From Spirochaetia bacterium (GTDB lineage: Bacteria > Spirochaetota > Spirochaetia > SZUA-6 > Bin103): a stretch of DNA of 64,000 bases. The stretch covers positions 1,248,001 through 1,312,000 of the forward strand of contig CBDAOI010000004.1 of assembly GCA_965198005.1 (NCBI GenBank), read 5' to 3'. The notes under the pieces were generated by a model that was not told the origin of the DNA, made no database searches, and was given only the letters and a program-made list of their open reading frames with translations. Positions 32,023 through 42,548 of this stretch are shown piece by piece (position 1 is the first letter of the stretch; the number at the start of each line of letters is the position of its first letter). The position numbers and the translations under genes are program-made.

Positions 32023-32708
32023 ATGTTGCGCTACGTGATCCGCCGCCTGCTGCTCACCATCCCCACCCTGTTCCTGGTGGCGACCATCGTGTTTCTGCTG
32101 TTGCGGCTGGTGCCGGGCGACCTGGTCGACACGGTCATGGCGCGGCTCGCGGTGCTCGGCGGCACGGTGGACCGCGCGGCGCTGGAACGCGCGTTCGGGC
32201 TGGACGTCCCGCTGCACGTACAGTACGTCCGCTGGTGGGGTGACCTGCTGCTGCGCGGCAGTCTCGGCATCTCGATGTGGTGGGCCACGCGCTCAAGAAC
32301 GCGCTGATCCCGGTGGTGACGATCGTGGGGGCGGACTTGACCGTGTTGATCGGCGGGGCGGTGATCATCGAATCGATCTTCGCCCTGCCGGGAACGGGGC
32401 CCCTTACGGCATGGACCAGAAGAGCCTGCCCGACCGGTTCGCCGCGCCGTCGGCGAAGTTCCTGATCGGCGCCGACCAGGTCGGCCGGGACATTCTCAGC
32501 CGTCTGATCTACGGGGCGCGCATCTCGATGGTGGTCGGCTTGGCGGCAACCACCGTTACGGTGGTGGTGGCGGGGCTGGTCGGGGTTCCGTCCGCCTACT
32601 TCGGCGGCCGGTTCGACGTGATCACGCAGCGGTTCGTGGACGCCTGCATGTCGTTTCCCGAGCTCCTGGTGCTGCTGACGGTGATGAGCATGGTCGGCCG
32701 GGGGCAAC
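32023..32708 (+). pseudogene. DppB- and DppC-like permease remnants
   Basis: MLRYVIRRLLL..; HALKNALIPVVT..FALPG; GADQVGRDILSRLIYGAR..; several deletions. Confidence 0.8.
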
Positions 32709-32714
32709 TTCGCG

Positions 32715-33013
32715 TCACGTGGTCGTTTCTTCGGTCGCGAGGAAGCGTTCGGACTGCCCTACCTCATCGATATGATTGCCCTGCTGAATCGCAACGCCCT
32801 CGTCTCCTGGTGCGAGTGCAAAGTATCGGCGCGAGCATGGCGAGCTTGCGCAGTCCTTCGGCTACCAAGTGAGCTTCGAGATTGCTAAGGAAGTTTCAGC
32901 AAATGCGTTTTCCCGGTTCCATTCTCGCCGACGAAAACGTTAAGCCCACCGCAAACGTTCAATGTGGCGCTCCCAAACGCAGTGAAATTCCTTACTTCCA
33001 AGGATTTCAGCAT
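32715..33013 (-). pseudogene. AAA_21/ABC ATPase reduced to about 300 bp
   Basis: [41 protein letters not shown], and a C-terminal piece RYFAL..QQG. Confidence 0.7.
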
Positions 33014-33019
33014 AGGTGC

Positions 33020-33146
33020 CAATCAGGGTCCCGTAGTGGCGGCAGGCCGGGATCACCTCCATTTCCGGCTCGCGCGTGACCGTTTCGAGGGCCAGGTTGC
33101 TGATCAGCGTGCCGTGCCGGCCCAGCCGGCGGTACTCGATCGCCAT
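33020..33146 (-). pseudogene. aldo/keto reductase remnant
   Basis: MAIEYRRLGRHGTLISNLAL joined to REPEMEVIPACRHYG. Confidence 0.6.
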
Positions 33147-33479
33147 GGTCCGCCAGTGTAGCACAGGCGGAGGTGGTGACGTTGCGGCCACCGGCCACTG
33201 CGCTGTCTGTCGTCGTCGCGCTTCATCGGCATCCGTCGAACTTCAGGCGAGGCATTCTTGCATGGGCGATATCCGAGCGAGCGATGGTTCCGCACACCTG
33301 TTACACTGCGATCCGTGCGCTTCCGCGCAGGCAGGGCTGGTGCAGGACACCGCCTGGTAGCGCCGGGCCATGCCAGGCAAGCTGCCGCACGAATCCTTCG
33401 CAGGTGATTGACGGCACGTGGCAACAAGCGTTATATTAGCATACAATAAGCATCGAAAACGAATCTCGAGAGGCATTTG

Positions 33480-33761
33480 ATGGACATCACAAAGGATATT
33501 CGACCGCTCACCGAGTTCAAGCGCGACACGGCGCGCTTCGTTTCGCGCCTCAAGGATACGGGGCGACCCTCTGTCTTGACCGTGAACGGCAGACCCGAAC
33601 TGGTCGTGATGCATGCCCAGGCGTGGCAGGAGGTTCAGGATCAACTCGACTACGCCGCCGCAGTGGCCGGCATCCGCAAGGGGCTCGGTCAGATCCGCGA
33701 CGGACGCGGTGTTCCTGCGACGACCTTTTTCGAGGAGTTTGCCACCCACGCCGCCGAGTAA
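33480..33761 (+). CDS. Phd/YefM antitoxin
   Basis: DIRPLTEFKR..PSVLTVNGRPELVV..GIRKGL. Confidence 0.88.
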   Translation: MDITKDIRPLTEFKRDTARFVSRLKDTGRPSVLTVNGRPELVVMHAQAWQEVQDQLDYAAAVAGIRKGLGQIRDGRGVPATTFFEEFATHAAE

Positions 33762-33763
33762 GG

Positions 33764-34072
33764 ATGAAGCGCTTCAGCGTCATCATCACCCCGTTCGCTG
33801 CCGCCAACATTCGTGAAGCGCACGGGTGGTTGTCGGCGAGGAACCCTGCCTACGCACAGCGGTGGCTTACGGCGATTCGACACCGGATCCAGGGCCTCGA
33901 CACGCTCTCGGAAGCCCACCCGGTGGCTCCGGAAAGCGCTGCCTTCGACGATGAGATTCGCCACGTGCTGGTCGGGCAGGGTACTCCCTGGAAGGTGTTC
34001 TTCACGGTCCAGGGACAAACGGTTCACGTGCTTCACGTCCGGCACGGTGCTCGCGACGCTTGGCGCCCCTGA
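33764..34072 (+). CDS. ParE/RelE toxin
   Basis: VIITPFA..VFFTVQGQTVHVLHVRHGAR; directly downstream of the antitoxin. Confidence 0.85.
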   Translation: MKRFSVIITPFAAANIREAHGWLSARNPAYAQRWLTAIRHRIQGLDTLSEAHPVAPESAAFDDEIRHVLVGQGTPWKVFFTVQGQTVHVLHVRHGARDAWRP

Positions 34073-34246
34073 GAGTCGGTCTTTGCCATGCGCCGAGTGC
34101 GGCGTTTGGCACGTGCCCCCGTCAGCATACGTCGTCAGGCGCAACGGCCCATCCCGCCGCGGCCGGCAGCAAGCTCCACGCGCACCTGCTCTGTTACGTA
34201 CAGCGACGTGCGGTAGCGTGTGCTCAGGGCAAGGTTGCCGAGCGTT

Positions 34247-34620
34247 AAAGTTGCCGAGCGTTACGGTATCGAAGAAGAATCGCCTCGAGGACTGATCAGG
34301 CATTCAGATGATCGTCAGCCGACATCGCAGTGTACTGGTCAATGCCGTGCTCGGAGAGCCAGCGCCGGAGATCCAGGACGTGCATGCCAAACGATTCGGC
34401 CAGCTTCCCGATGCTGATGAAACCTCCCGCGAACGCCGCCAGCGCGTGACGCTGCCGGATGGGCAGATCGTTCACCGGCACCTGATAGCACGCGAAGATA
34501 GCGTCGCGCACGAGCTGCCCCTTGCTCGTCTTGCGCGCTGCCGCGAGGCGGGCAAGCTGTTCGTTGGTGGCAGGATCAAGGCAGGACAGGCCGTGGGACA
34601 AGGCCGCCGCTTTCTTCCAG
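34247..34620 (-). pseudogene. RHH/UPF0175 antitoxin (34296 to about 34620) followed by a truncated PIN (DUF3368-like) start
   Basis: LVRDAI..ISIGKLAESFGM..RRWLSEHGI; overlapping MPD..FFFDTVTLGNF breaks at a 14-bp duplication (34234-34263). Confidence 0.6.
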
Positions 34621-34634
34621 GCAGGAGTTCGGCT

Positions 34635-35382
34635 ATCCTTCATCGACACCGCTGACAGCTACGGTCGCGGCGAATCGGACATGGGCCACAACGAGCGCCT
34701 GTTTCGTACCGCCCTGGCGCAGCTTCCCGCAGACGTGCGCGCGCGGGTGGTGGTTGCCACCAAGGCCGGCCACATGCGTCCCGGCGGCGCCTGGGTTCCC
34801 AACGGCCGTCCGGAGTACCTGCGGCGGCAGTGCGAGGCTTCCCTGCGCAACCTCGGCGTCGAGCGGCTCGACCTGCTGCAGCATCACCGGCCCGATCCCG
34901 ACGTGCCGATCGCCGACAGCATCGGCGCGTTTGCCCGCCTGCGCGAAGAAGGCAAGGTGCGTTTTATCGGGGTCAGCGAGTACTCGGTTGCGCAGCTCGA
35001 CGAGGCCCAATCCGTCACCGAAATCGCCAGCACCCAGAATCAGTACTCGCTGGCACATCGGCAACCCGAGCAGGACGGCACCCTGGCCGCTACCGAGGCA
35101 CGGGGACTGGCATTCATCCCCTGGAGCCCACTGGGTGGCATCGCCGCCCCGCCGCATGGGGCGCGTGATCTTGCTCGACGGCACCCCCCGGTCGCGCGGC
35201 TGGCCGAGCGCCATGGCGTGAGCCCGCAGCGACTGGTCGTCGCCTGGCTGCTCAGTAAGGGGCCGCAGGTGCTGGTAATCGTCGGCGCCAGCCGGGCCGC
35301 CAGCATCGAGGACTCGGCGCGCGCCGCCGAATTCGAGCTCAGTACCGGCGACATCGCCCAGATCGATGCAGCGACCGCCTGA
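34635..35382 (+). pseudogene. aldo/keto reductase, 5'-truncated
   Basis: FIDTADSYG..ATKAG..SLRNL..DLLQHH..WSPLGG; no N-terminus. Confidence 0.8.
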
Positions 35383-35538
35383 CTCTTGCTGGGAGTGGAT
35401 GGCTCGGCGAATCGCCCGGACCGGCGGATAGCTGGATTACGAACCGACGGAAGCGCTGTACTTGGCGCCGCCTCCGAGCCGACCGCCGCCGCCTCGGAGG
35501 CGCGGGTCGAGCAGGTCGTAGCCTGCCCACCGCGGCCG

Positions 35539-36063
35539 CTATTCAGTCAGCAGCCGCCGCGCCGCGCGTTTCTGAGCAGTATGCGCCTCGGTTTCGTCAA
35601 TCAGCTCGGCCAGCGTGTCCCGCTGTACGAGGCCTGCGTGGAGCAGCGCGCGACACAACTCGAAGTCCTTCGGCCTCGCAGCCAGGGCCTTGGCCACCCA
35701 CAGGTCTTCCGGAGAAAGACACCAGGCAACGACACCGGCCGTCGCTGGCGTCACGAACCGAACGAGTCGCTGTTCCCATCCGCGTGGCAGAAGGGCCGTC
35801 GTCGCGGATACGCCATGCGCGTAGAAGCCGAAGGTCTCCTGAAACAGCGATGCCTCGCCGATCGATCCATCGATGAGATCGGCCTTGCTGCCGTCGACAT
35901 CCTGACGCAGCGCGATGTCCGCCTCTACCGAGCGCATCGCCGCTTCGGGAATCTCGTCCCCGATCCAGGCATGAATCGCCTGAGATCCAATGACGATCAC
36001 CTCACGCTCACCCACGATGGCGGCGGCCGCCCTGATCGCGTGCTCGAACTGCGCGCGGTTCAT
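35539..36063 (-). CDS. DUF6036 nucleotidyltransferase-fold protein
   Basis: MNRAQFEHAIRAA..VIGSQAI..SVEADI..IGEASLFQETFGFYA..DLWVAKALAARPKD. Confidence 0.75.
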   Translation of the reverse strand: MNRAQFEHAIRAAAAIVGEREVIVIGSQAIHAWIGDEIPEAAMRSVEADIALRQDVDGSKADLIDGSIGEASLFQETFGFYAHGVSATTALLPRGWEQRLVRFVTPATAGVVAWCLSPEDLWVAKALAARPKDFELCRALLHAGLVQRDTLAELIDETEAHTAQKRAARRLLTE

Positions 36064-37271
36064 CGCCGCATCTCGTCGCGGCGGAACTCCCGATACACGG
36101 CAGTGCGCTCCGATGCATTCAGCACGCCGGCGAAGGGAGTAACGTGACGAAGGTCGCGATAGTGCAGACCGGGGTTCACCAGTGCGTCCACGAGAGCATC
36201 GGCTGAGCCGTTCAACAGGCGTTCCCACTCGTCGAGCAGCTCGGACGTGCCTGGGTGCAGACCGCGCATGCGCAGCAGACTTGCGCGCGCTCGGGCCAAG
36301 GTCTCGGCAGGAGCAGCGCGGAGCCGGTCGGCGATCCGTTCATGCAGGGCCAGGCTCCGGCGGTCTTCCCGCGTCAGCCGTGGAACGAACGCTTCATGCC
36401 CGCCGTTTTGTTGTGCCGGATCATATACCGGCTTGCCCATAGGACGCGTACGCAGCAGTCCGTTTCGGAGTTGGCCTAGTCTGTTTTCGGCTATATCCAC
36501 GTACTCCCTTACGATGTCGCACCCATAGCCACGGCGCCCATGCATCAAAGCCGCCACGACTGATGTCCCCACGCCCATGTATGGATCAAGTACCGCGTCC
36601 CCCTCGTCAGTCATGGCGAGCACCAACCGTTCTACGAGCTCCACGGGGAACTGGCATGGGTGGATGGTTTTCTCAACGTGGTTGTTCTTGACGTTGGGGA
36701 ACTCCCATATGTCACTCGGGTTCTTCCCAAGAGGATTGCACGACAATTCCCCCGCATGCGGTCCCTTGAAGTGCCGTTTGTCAGGATACTTGGAGGGGAC
36801 TCGTATCGGGTCGAGGTTGAACGTGTAATGCGGTGTCTTTGTCCACCAATTGATGGTCTCGTACCGTCCCGAGAGTCGGCGCTTACAATGCAACCCGTGA
36901 CCGAAATGCCAAATGATCCGGTTGCGCAACTGCAATCCATAGCCCCGAAATACGGCGTATAGCTCGCAGTCGAGAGGGAATACTGTGCCGTCTGCTACAT
37001 GATTTCCTACCTGCCAGCAGATCGAGCCGGTCGGTCGCAGGACACGGACACATTCTCCTATGACCTTGTTCTGGGCACTGATAAACGCCTCCATGTCGAT
37101 GCGGCTCGCGTAGGCTTTTCCAATGTTGTACGGGGGTGACGTTACAACAAGCTGTACCGACTCATCGGGAATCAACGGCATGAAAGTCAGGTTGTCCCCA
37201 CACACCAGCACTGCGTCGGCGGGGGATTCCAACTTCGCTGCGATGTCGGATTTCCGTGCGGTACTAAGCAC
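36060..37271 (-). CDS. beta-class N4/N6 DNA methyltransferase (M.BglII-like) fused to a helical antitoxin-like C-terminus
   Basis: TSPPYNIG, HPCQFP, LDPYMGVGT; after PVYDP..GGH the frame continues with PRLTREDRRSLALH..RHVTPFAGVL. Confidence 0.8.
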   Translation of the reverse strand: MLSTARKSDIAAKLESPADAVLVCGDNLTFMPLIPDESVQLVVTSPPYNIGKAYASRIDMEAFISAQNKVIGECVRVLRPTGSICWQVGNHVADGTVFPLDCELYAVFRGYGLQLRNRIIWHFGHGLHCKRRLSGRYETINWWTKTPHYTFNLDPIRVPSKYPDKRHFKGPHAGELSCNPLGKNPSDIWEFPNVKNNHVEKTIHPCQFPVELVERLVLAMTDEGDAVLDPYMGVGTSVVAALMHGRRGYGCDIVREYVDIAENRLGQLRNGLLRTRPMGKPVYDPAQQNGGHEAFVPRLTREDRRSLALHERIADRLRAAPAETLARARASLLRMRGLHPGTSELLDEWERLLNGSADALVDALVNPGLHYRDLRHVTPFAGVLNASERTAVYREFRRDEMRR

Positions 37272-37324
37272 GCCCCACCAAGTCCTTGTCGCGCAGCCGC
37301 TTCGCGACCCGTCCCAACGCGGAC

Positions 37325-37375
37325 GTGGCAGCCGACGACATGCTGCACGTAGCGTTGCAGGTGCTTGTAGCTCAT
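37325..37375 (-). mobile_element. possible IS1595-family transposase scrap
   Basis: MSYKHLQRYV resembles the conserved C-terminal SxKHLxRY motif. Confidence 0.3.
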
Positions 37376-37520
37376 GCTGCCCAACAGCCGCCGTAGGAGC
37401 TTCATACGAAACATCACATGCTGCCAGAACGCAGTCTGCCACAGGCGCGGCCCACGGTCAAGGAGCGGTTACGGTTGCGCGGGTGGCTGAGGGGGCGGGG
37501 CAACCCGAACGCGCAAGCCA

Positions 37521-37817
37521 TCACTCAGCCGCCTCTTGGGTGGTCGGCGCCAGTGCGCCGCGCTGCTTCCCGTCCACCAGGCCCGCGAGCAATGACACGC
37601 GCTGTTCTACACCGGCGAGCCGATCCGCGAGCCGTTGATCGCCGGCTGCGATCTGGTCCGCGAGTCGTTTATCCCCGGCTGCGATTTGGTCCGCCAGCCG
37701 TTGATCTCCGGTTGCGACCTGGTCCGCCAGCCGGCGGAACCCGGAAACGACCAGCCCCGCGGTGGTAACCCCGGCGGCAACCACCGCCACCAGCACGGCC
37801 ACCCATTCAACCGACAT
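37521..37817 (-). CDS. small membrane-anchored coiled-coil protein with 11-aa repeats
   Basis: N-terminal TM helix; RLADQ(I/V)A(A/T)GD(Q/K) x3, encoded by 33-bp repeats at 37624-37733. Confidence 0.7.
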   Translation of the reverse strand: MSVEWVAVLVAVVAAGVTTAGLVVSGFRRLADQVATGDQRLADQIAAGDKRLADQIAAGDQRLADRLAGVEQRVSLLAGLVDGKQRGALAPTTQEAAE

Positions 37818-37953
37818 TCGAACTCCCTCCGGACGCCCGCGCGATTGCAGGCTCACAGACTACCACGGGGCGCCTTCGCCGACGCTTCTCCGGTTGCCGT
37901 CAAGAAACTGTAACCAGTCGTGGTCCCTCGGTTCAAGCGGTTGGTCAGGTTGG

Positions 37954-38544
37954 TCAGCCGCGCTTCTCGGTGGCGGTCAGCTCGGCGAAGCGGAAGCAGT
38001 CGGTGACGTGATCGTTGACCACTCCCACCGCCTGCAGGTGCGAATAGACGATGGTGGGGCCCACGAAGCGAAACCCGCGCGCCTTGAGGTCGCGGCTCAC
38101 GCGCCGCGACAGCTCGGTCTCGGCCGGCAGGTCGGCCAGCCGCGGCCAGCCGCCCACGAGCGGCCGGCCGTCGACGAAGCGCCACAGGTAGGAGCAGAAG
38201 CTGCCGCACTCCTCCTGCAGCGCGAGCAAGGCGCGCGCGTTGGTGATCGACGCCGCCACCTTCAGCCGGTTGCGCACGATCGCGGGGTTGGCCAGCAGCG
38301 CCGCGCGCTCGGCTTCGCCGAAGCGGGCCACGCGCTCGGGGTCGAACCCGTGGTACGCCTGCCGGTAACCGGCGCGCTTGTGCAGAATCGTGCGCCAGCT
38401 CAGTCCCGCCTGCGCCCCTTCCAGAACCAGGAACTCGAACTGCAGGCGATCGTCGTCCCACACGGGCGTACCCCATTCCCGATCGTGATAGGCCCGCATC
38501 AACTCATCACCCGCACACCACGCGCAGCGGCGCCGCTCCGTCAT
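37954..38544 (-). CDS. tag: DNA-3-methyladenine glycosylase I
   Basis: RCAW..YHDREWG..LEGAQAGLSW..IVRNRLK..FVGPT..NDH..C. Confidence 0.95.
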   Translation of the reverse strand: MTERRRCAWCAGDELMRAYHDREWGTPVWDDDRLQFEFLVLEGAQAGLSWRTILHKRAGYRQAYHGFDPERVARFGEAERAALLANPAIVRNRLKVAASITNARALLALQEECGSFCSYLWRFVDGRPLVGGWPRLADLPAETELSRRVSRDLKARGFRFVGPTIVYSHLQAVGVVNDHVTDCFRFAELTATEKRG

Positions 38545-38711
38545 ACCGTACACGACAATAGTGCGGCAGAGACCGGGCCACAAGGCCGGCCGCGGGGGCC
38601 GATGCAGTCGAGCGGACCGGCGACGTCAGCGCCGACGCATACGTGTGTCAGCGACGCCAGCGACGCCCGGGACGCTTGGCGCGATCCCCGCGCCACGGTA
38701 GCGTGCCGCCT

Positions 38712-40010
38712 ATGACACTGGAACGTCCCAACGTCATCTTCATCGGCTGCTACGGCAACCGGGAGCTGCGCACGCCCAACATCGACCGCATCGCCGCCAC
38801 CGGGCTGCGCTTCGACAGCTTCTTCTGCGCCTCGCCGGTGTGCTCGCCGAGCCGGGCGTCGTTCCTGACCGGACAGATGCCTTCCCGGCACGGCGTGCAT
38901 GACTGGATCAGAGGAGGAAACTACGGCACGGACGCGGCCACCTACCTGGAGGGACAGACCGCCTACACCGACCTGCTGGCGCAGGCGGGCTGGACCTGCG
39001 GCATCAGCGGCAAGTGGCATCTCGGCAACAGCGTGCTGGCGCAACACGGCTTCAGCCACTGGTTCGTGCACGAGAAGGGGGGCGGCGAGTACAACGACGC
39101 GCCGATGATCCGCGATGGCGAGCTGTTCAACGCCCCCGGCTACGTCACCAACGTGATCACCGACGACGCGCTGGACTTCATCGACCGCCACGCTGGCGGC
39201 GCGGCGCCGTTCTACCTGAGCGTGCACTACACCGCCCCGCACAGCCCGTGGACCGGCCATCCCCAGGAGATCGTCGACAGCTACGACGACTGCCCGTTCG
39301 ACTCCTGCCCGCAGGAGGAGATGCACCCGTGGGCCCACTGGCTCTCCGGGAAGTGCCTCGGCAACCGCGAAATGCTCAAGGGCTACTTCGCCGCGGTCAC
39401 CGCCATGGAGGGCAACGGCACCTGGCCGCTCAACATGTACGAGAACTCGATCAAGGTGCCGTTCCTGGCCAGCCATCCGGGCCGCATCCCGCGGGGACAG
39501 GCGACCGGCCAGATGTGCAGCGCCGTCGACTTCATGCCCACCCTGCTGGCCTATGCCGGCGTCGACATTCCCGGGCCGTTGCGCCGCGGGCGGCCCGGCC
39601 GCTCCTTCGCCGGGCTGCTTGAGGGCGGGGCCGCGCCGGCGCGCGACCGCGTGGTGATCTACGACGAGTACGGCGCCACCCGCATGATCCGCACCGCCGA
39701 ATGGAAGTACGTGCATCGCTACCCCGCCGCCGGCATCCCCGGCGGCCCCAACGAGCTGTACGACCTGACGGGCGACCCCGACGAGCGCACCAACCGCATC
39801 GACGATCCCGGCCAGCAGCGCCGCATTCGCGACCTGTGCGGCCTGCTGGAGGAGTGGTTCGCCGAGCAGGTGTCCGCCGACAAGGATGGCCGCAGCCTGC
39901 CGGTCGGCGGCGGCGGCCAACTGCGCCCCGTCGGCCGCGCCTGGGAGGACGGCTCCCCCGCCTTCACCGCCAATGACGGCCCACCCAGCCCGTGGTGGCG
40001 CGACAAGTGA
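38712..40010 (+). CDS. sulfatase-like hydrolase carrying in-frame deletions (possibly inactive)
   Basis: CSPSRASFLTG, GKWHLG, APHSP; the DD motif after PNVIFI and the SDNG segment are missing. Confidence 0.75.
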   Translation: MTLERPNVIFIGCYGNRELRTPNIDRIAATGLRFDSFFCASPVCSPSRASFLTGQMPSRHGVHDWIRGGNYGTDAATYLEGQTAYTDLLAQAGWTCGISGKWHLGNSVLAQHGFSHWFVHEKGGGEYNDAPMIRDGELFNAPGYVTNVITDDALDFIDRHAGGAAPFYLSVHYTAPHSPWTGHPQEIVDSYDDCPFDSCPQEEMHPWAHWLSGKCLGNREMLKGYFAAVTAMEGNGTWPLNMYENSIKVPFLASHPGRIPRGQATGQMCSAVDFMPTLLAYAGVDIPGPLRRGRPGRSFAGLLEGGAAPARDRVVIYDEYGATRMIRTAEWKYVHRYPAAGIPGGPNELYDLTGDPDERTNRIDDPGQQRRIRDLCGLLEEWFAEQVSADKDGRSLPVGGGGQLRPVGRAWEDGSPAFTANDGPPSPWWRDK

Positions 40011-40164
40011 TACACTCCGGCGTAGCGTACGGAGCGACGTCATCGAGGAATCGAGTCACTGCGATGGCGTCAGGAGTATCGAGAAACGAACGTGTTGGCA
40101 GAGATTGAAGAGTCACGCGTTGCCCGCTCGCAGGCCACCGATCGGTGCCGGAAGTCTTGGCCGA

Positions 40165-40755
40165 TCCGCTCTTTGTCACATACATCTGTTTTCCTCGCGA
40201 GACAAAGCATTCAAGGATGATGACGTGCTCCAGGAGAATGTCATTGTCAGGCTACAGCGTGGCGCAAGACAGTCTCACGTAACGGTCACGACCTCAACTG
40301 ACGAGAGCTTCTCCGACCTGGCGGAGCATGCGCTCATGGTCTGACCGTGTACCTCAATAGTACCATGGTCGATGAGGAATTCCGCCGCTTCAACGGCCAC
40401 ACGCAAGTCAACGCTACTGACTTGAGACGGATGAAGTACCCGAGCAGAAAGGCGCTTGCTGGTCTGGGAGAGTGGGCGATCCAGCGGGAGGAGCATTCTC
40501 AGCACGAAATCGACGAGCAAGTGGCGCGCCTGTAGATTTCGTAGATGGCGAGCAAGATCGACCAAGCTCCAATCCTGATGCGCCTGATCGACCGGTGAAC
40601 AGCCCCCACACCGTTTATCAGGTGACGCCGGAGGTGTTGAATCTCCTTCGCAGTTACGGTACGGACACCTGGCACGTGAACTTGACAGTCTATCTTACTC
40701 GGAGAAGAACACTCGCCTCCGAGTACGCTCGAGAGCGCGCGAGGCACCGGGTTAT
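40165..40755 (+). pseudogene. BsuBI/PstI-type type II RM remnants (MTase pieces, then REase N-terminus)
   Basis: IHLFSSRDKAFKDDDVLQENVI; RRFNGHTQVNATDL; NPDAPDRPVNSP..YARER. Confidence 0.75.
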
Positions 40756-40762
40756 GACGTCG

Positions 40763-41155
40763 CGGCTGATGCTCGACGCGCTCAACGACCGCGACTACCC
40801 GGTGGTGTCGGCGGTGAACCTGTTCTTCGCGACGGTGGTGGTCAACTTGCTGATTGATCTGCTGTACGCGTCGCTGGACCCGCGAATTCGCTACGAATGA
40901 GAAGGGCCGATGGGTGACGTATCCCCGTTGACCCCGGCCGTCGCCGAGCCGGGCGCGGGCGCGGTTGCGGCTGCGCGGGCCGGGCTGAGGAAGTTCTGCG
41001 CGCGGCGGGTGCGCGAGCAGCCGCTGGGGACCGGTGAGCGGTGCCGGGGGTGAAGGAGAACGTCTACTTCCAGGCGGCGCAGGCGATCGGCAGCTCGCGC
41101 CGGCGCTCGCTGCTGCGCCACGTGCTGCCGAACGTCGCGGCGCCGATCATCATCC
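40763..41155 (+). pseudogene. dppB 3' end and dppC fragments
   Basis: LMLDALNDRDYPVV..LDPRIRYE*; MGDVSPLT..REQPLG; VKENVYFQAA..RHVLPN. Confidence 0.8.
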
Positions 41156-41220
41156 GTGGTGCACTGTGGCCGTGCCTGGGCGAGCTTGGTGCTGCAACTG
41201 CCAGAGGCGCCAGGGTCGCA

Positions 41221-41280
41221 GGAAAAAAGTGTGCAAGTGTGCAATAAGCGCTTGACAGACCCCAGGGTGCGCTATGAATG
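41221..41280 (+). promoter_or_regulatory. promoter-like element with an AAGCGCTT palindrome (copy 1)
   Basis: GGAAAAAA..GTGCAATAAGCGCTTGACA..GCTATG; similar to 47498-47560. Confidence 0.4.
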
Positions 41281-41400
41281 AAGTGACGCGTTGAGATGTC
41301 GGCCGGACACCGGCGCGCTTTCCGCCCGCAAGTCGTCAGGTTAGAATCCCCCGCGAACACCACGGCGTCATGACGACGGCGCGGCCACGGACGGAGACTC

Positions 41401-42374
41401 ATGGACGACCCCTCCTACAAACGCCTGCTCAAGCACGAACGCATCGTCAAGGATCTGTTGATCGGGTTCATCGCCCCGCAACGCGCTCCGGGGTGGGCCG
41501 GCGCGCTCGACTTCGACACCCTCCGCGAAGGCCCCACCGAGGAGATCACCGACGAGTTGCGCCGCCGGCTCGGTGACGTGGTCTGGTCGATCGACCGGCG
41601 CGACGGCCGCGGCGGCGTGCAGACCCTGCACGTGGGGATCGAGCATCAGTCCAGCGTGGACTATTCGATGCCGCTGCGGTTCCTCAACTACACGAGCCTG
41701 CTCTACCAGCGGCTGTATCGCGATCGCACCAGGTGGAGCAAGGGCGAGACGGCCGACCCGGTGTTGCACGTCGTGGTGTACAACGGCGATAGTCGGTGGG
41801 ACGCGCCAGGACCGAGCAAGACGGTCCGGCGCAGCTCGCGCTGAGTTACGAGGTGCTTGATCTGATGGCCGTGGAGCGGGATGATCTACCGCGGCCGAAC
41901 CTGCTGACGTGGGTGGCGGAAGTGGAGCAAAGCGTACAGGCGAGGGCGTTGCCTGAGCGGGTACAGGAGTTGGGGGAGTGGCTCGCCGCGGAGGGAGAGC
42001 CGGGGCTGACCCGGACCTTCGACGTGTGGCTTGGCGTTCTGGGACGGAAGTGGGGCGTGAAGCTGCCATCGATTCGCGAGTACGAGGAGGTAAGCGCAGT
42101 GTTGGCGGAGAAGATTGATCGCTGGGGAGCGGAAATCCTGGAGCGGGGTATCGAGCAGGGTATCCAGCAGGGTATCGAGCAAGGTATCGAGCGGCAGAAG
42201 GCGTTGTTGCACGGCTTGGCGGAGCGGCGCTTCGGTCGGGCGGCGGCGGAGCGGCTGTCGGCGGCGCTCGCCGGAGTGACGGACGCGACCCGTCTCGCCG
42301 AAGCGGGGGAGTGGATCGTCGCCTGCGCCACGACCGTCGACTTCCTCGCCCGCGTGGACCGCGCCAGTTCGTAG
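41401..42374 (+). pseudogene. Rpn-family (PD-(D/E)XK transposase-like) gene, frameshifted near 41800-41844
   Basis: MDDPSYKRL, DVVW..IEHQS..MPLR, VVYNG; C-terminal part in another frame with EQGI repeats. Confidence 0.82.
42099..42374 (+). CDS. putative internally translated RpnS antitoxin
   Basis: GAGGAGG followed by an in-frame GTG at 42099; 12-bp EQGI repeats at 42141-42194. Confidence 0.55.
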   Translation: MLAEKIDRWGAEILERGIEQGIQQGIEQGIERQKALLHGLAERRFGRAAAERLSAALAGVTDATRLAEAGEWIVACATTVDFLARVDRASS

Positions 42375-42548
42375 CCCGGTGTAGGTGAGTATCCGGAACG
42401 CCTCGAGAAAACCTCGGCAGTTGGGCCGGCTGGGCCGATTCGTGGTGGACTCTCACGGGAGCGGAGGATATAATGGGGTGGGTGCAGTCAGTCGCGACTA
42501 CATCCGGGTCCGGGTATGGCTGTGCCTCACCTGCGGAGGGCTTGAGTA

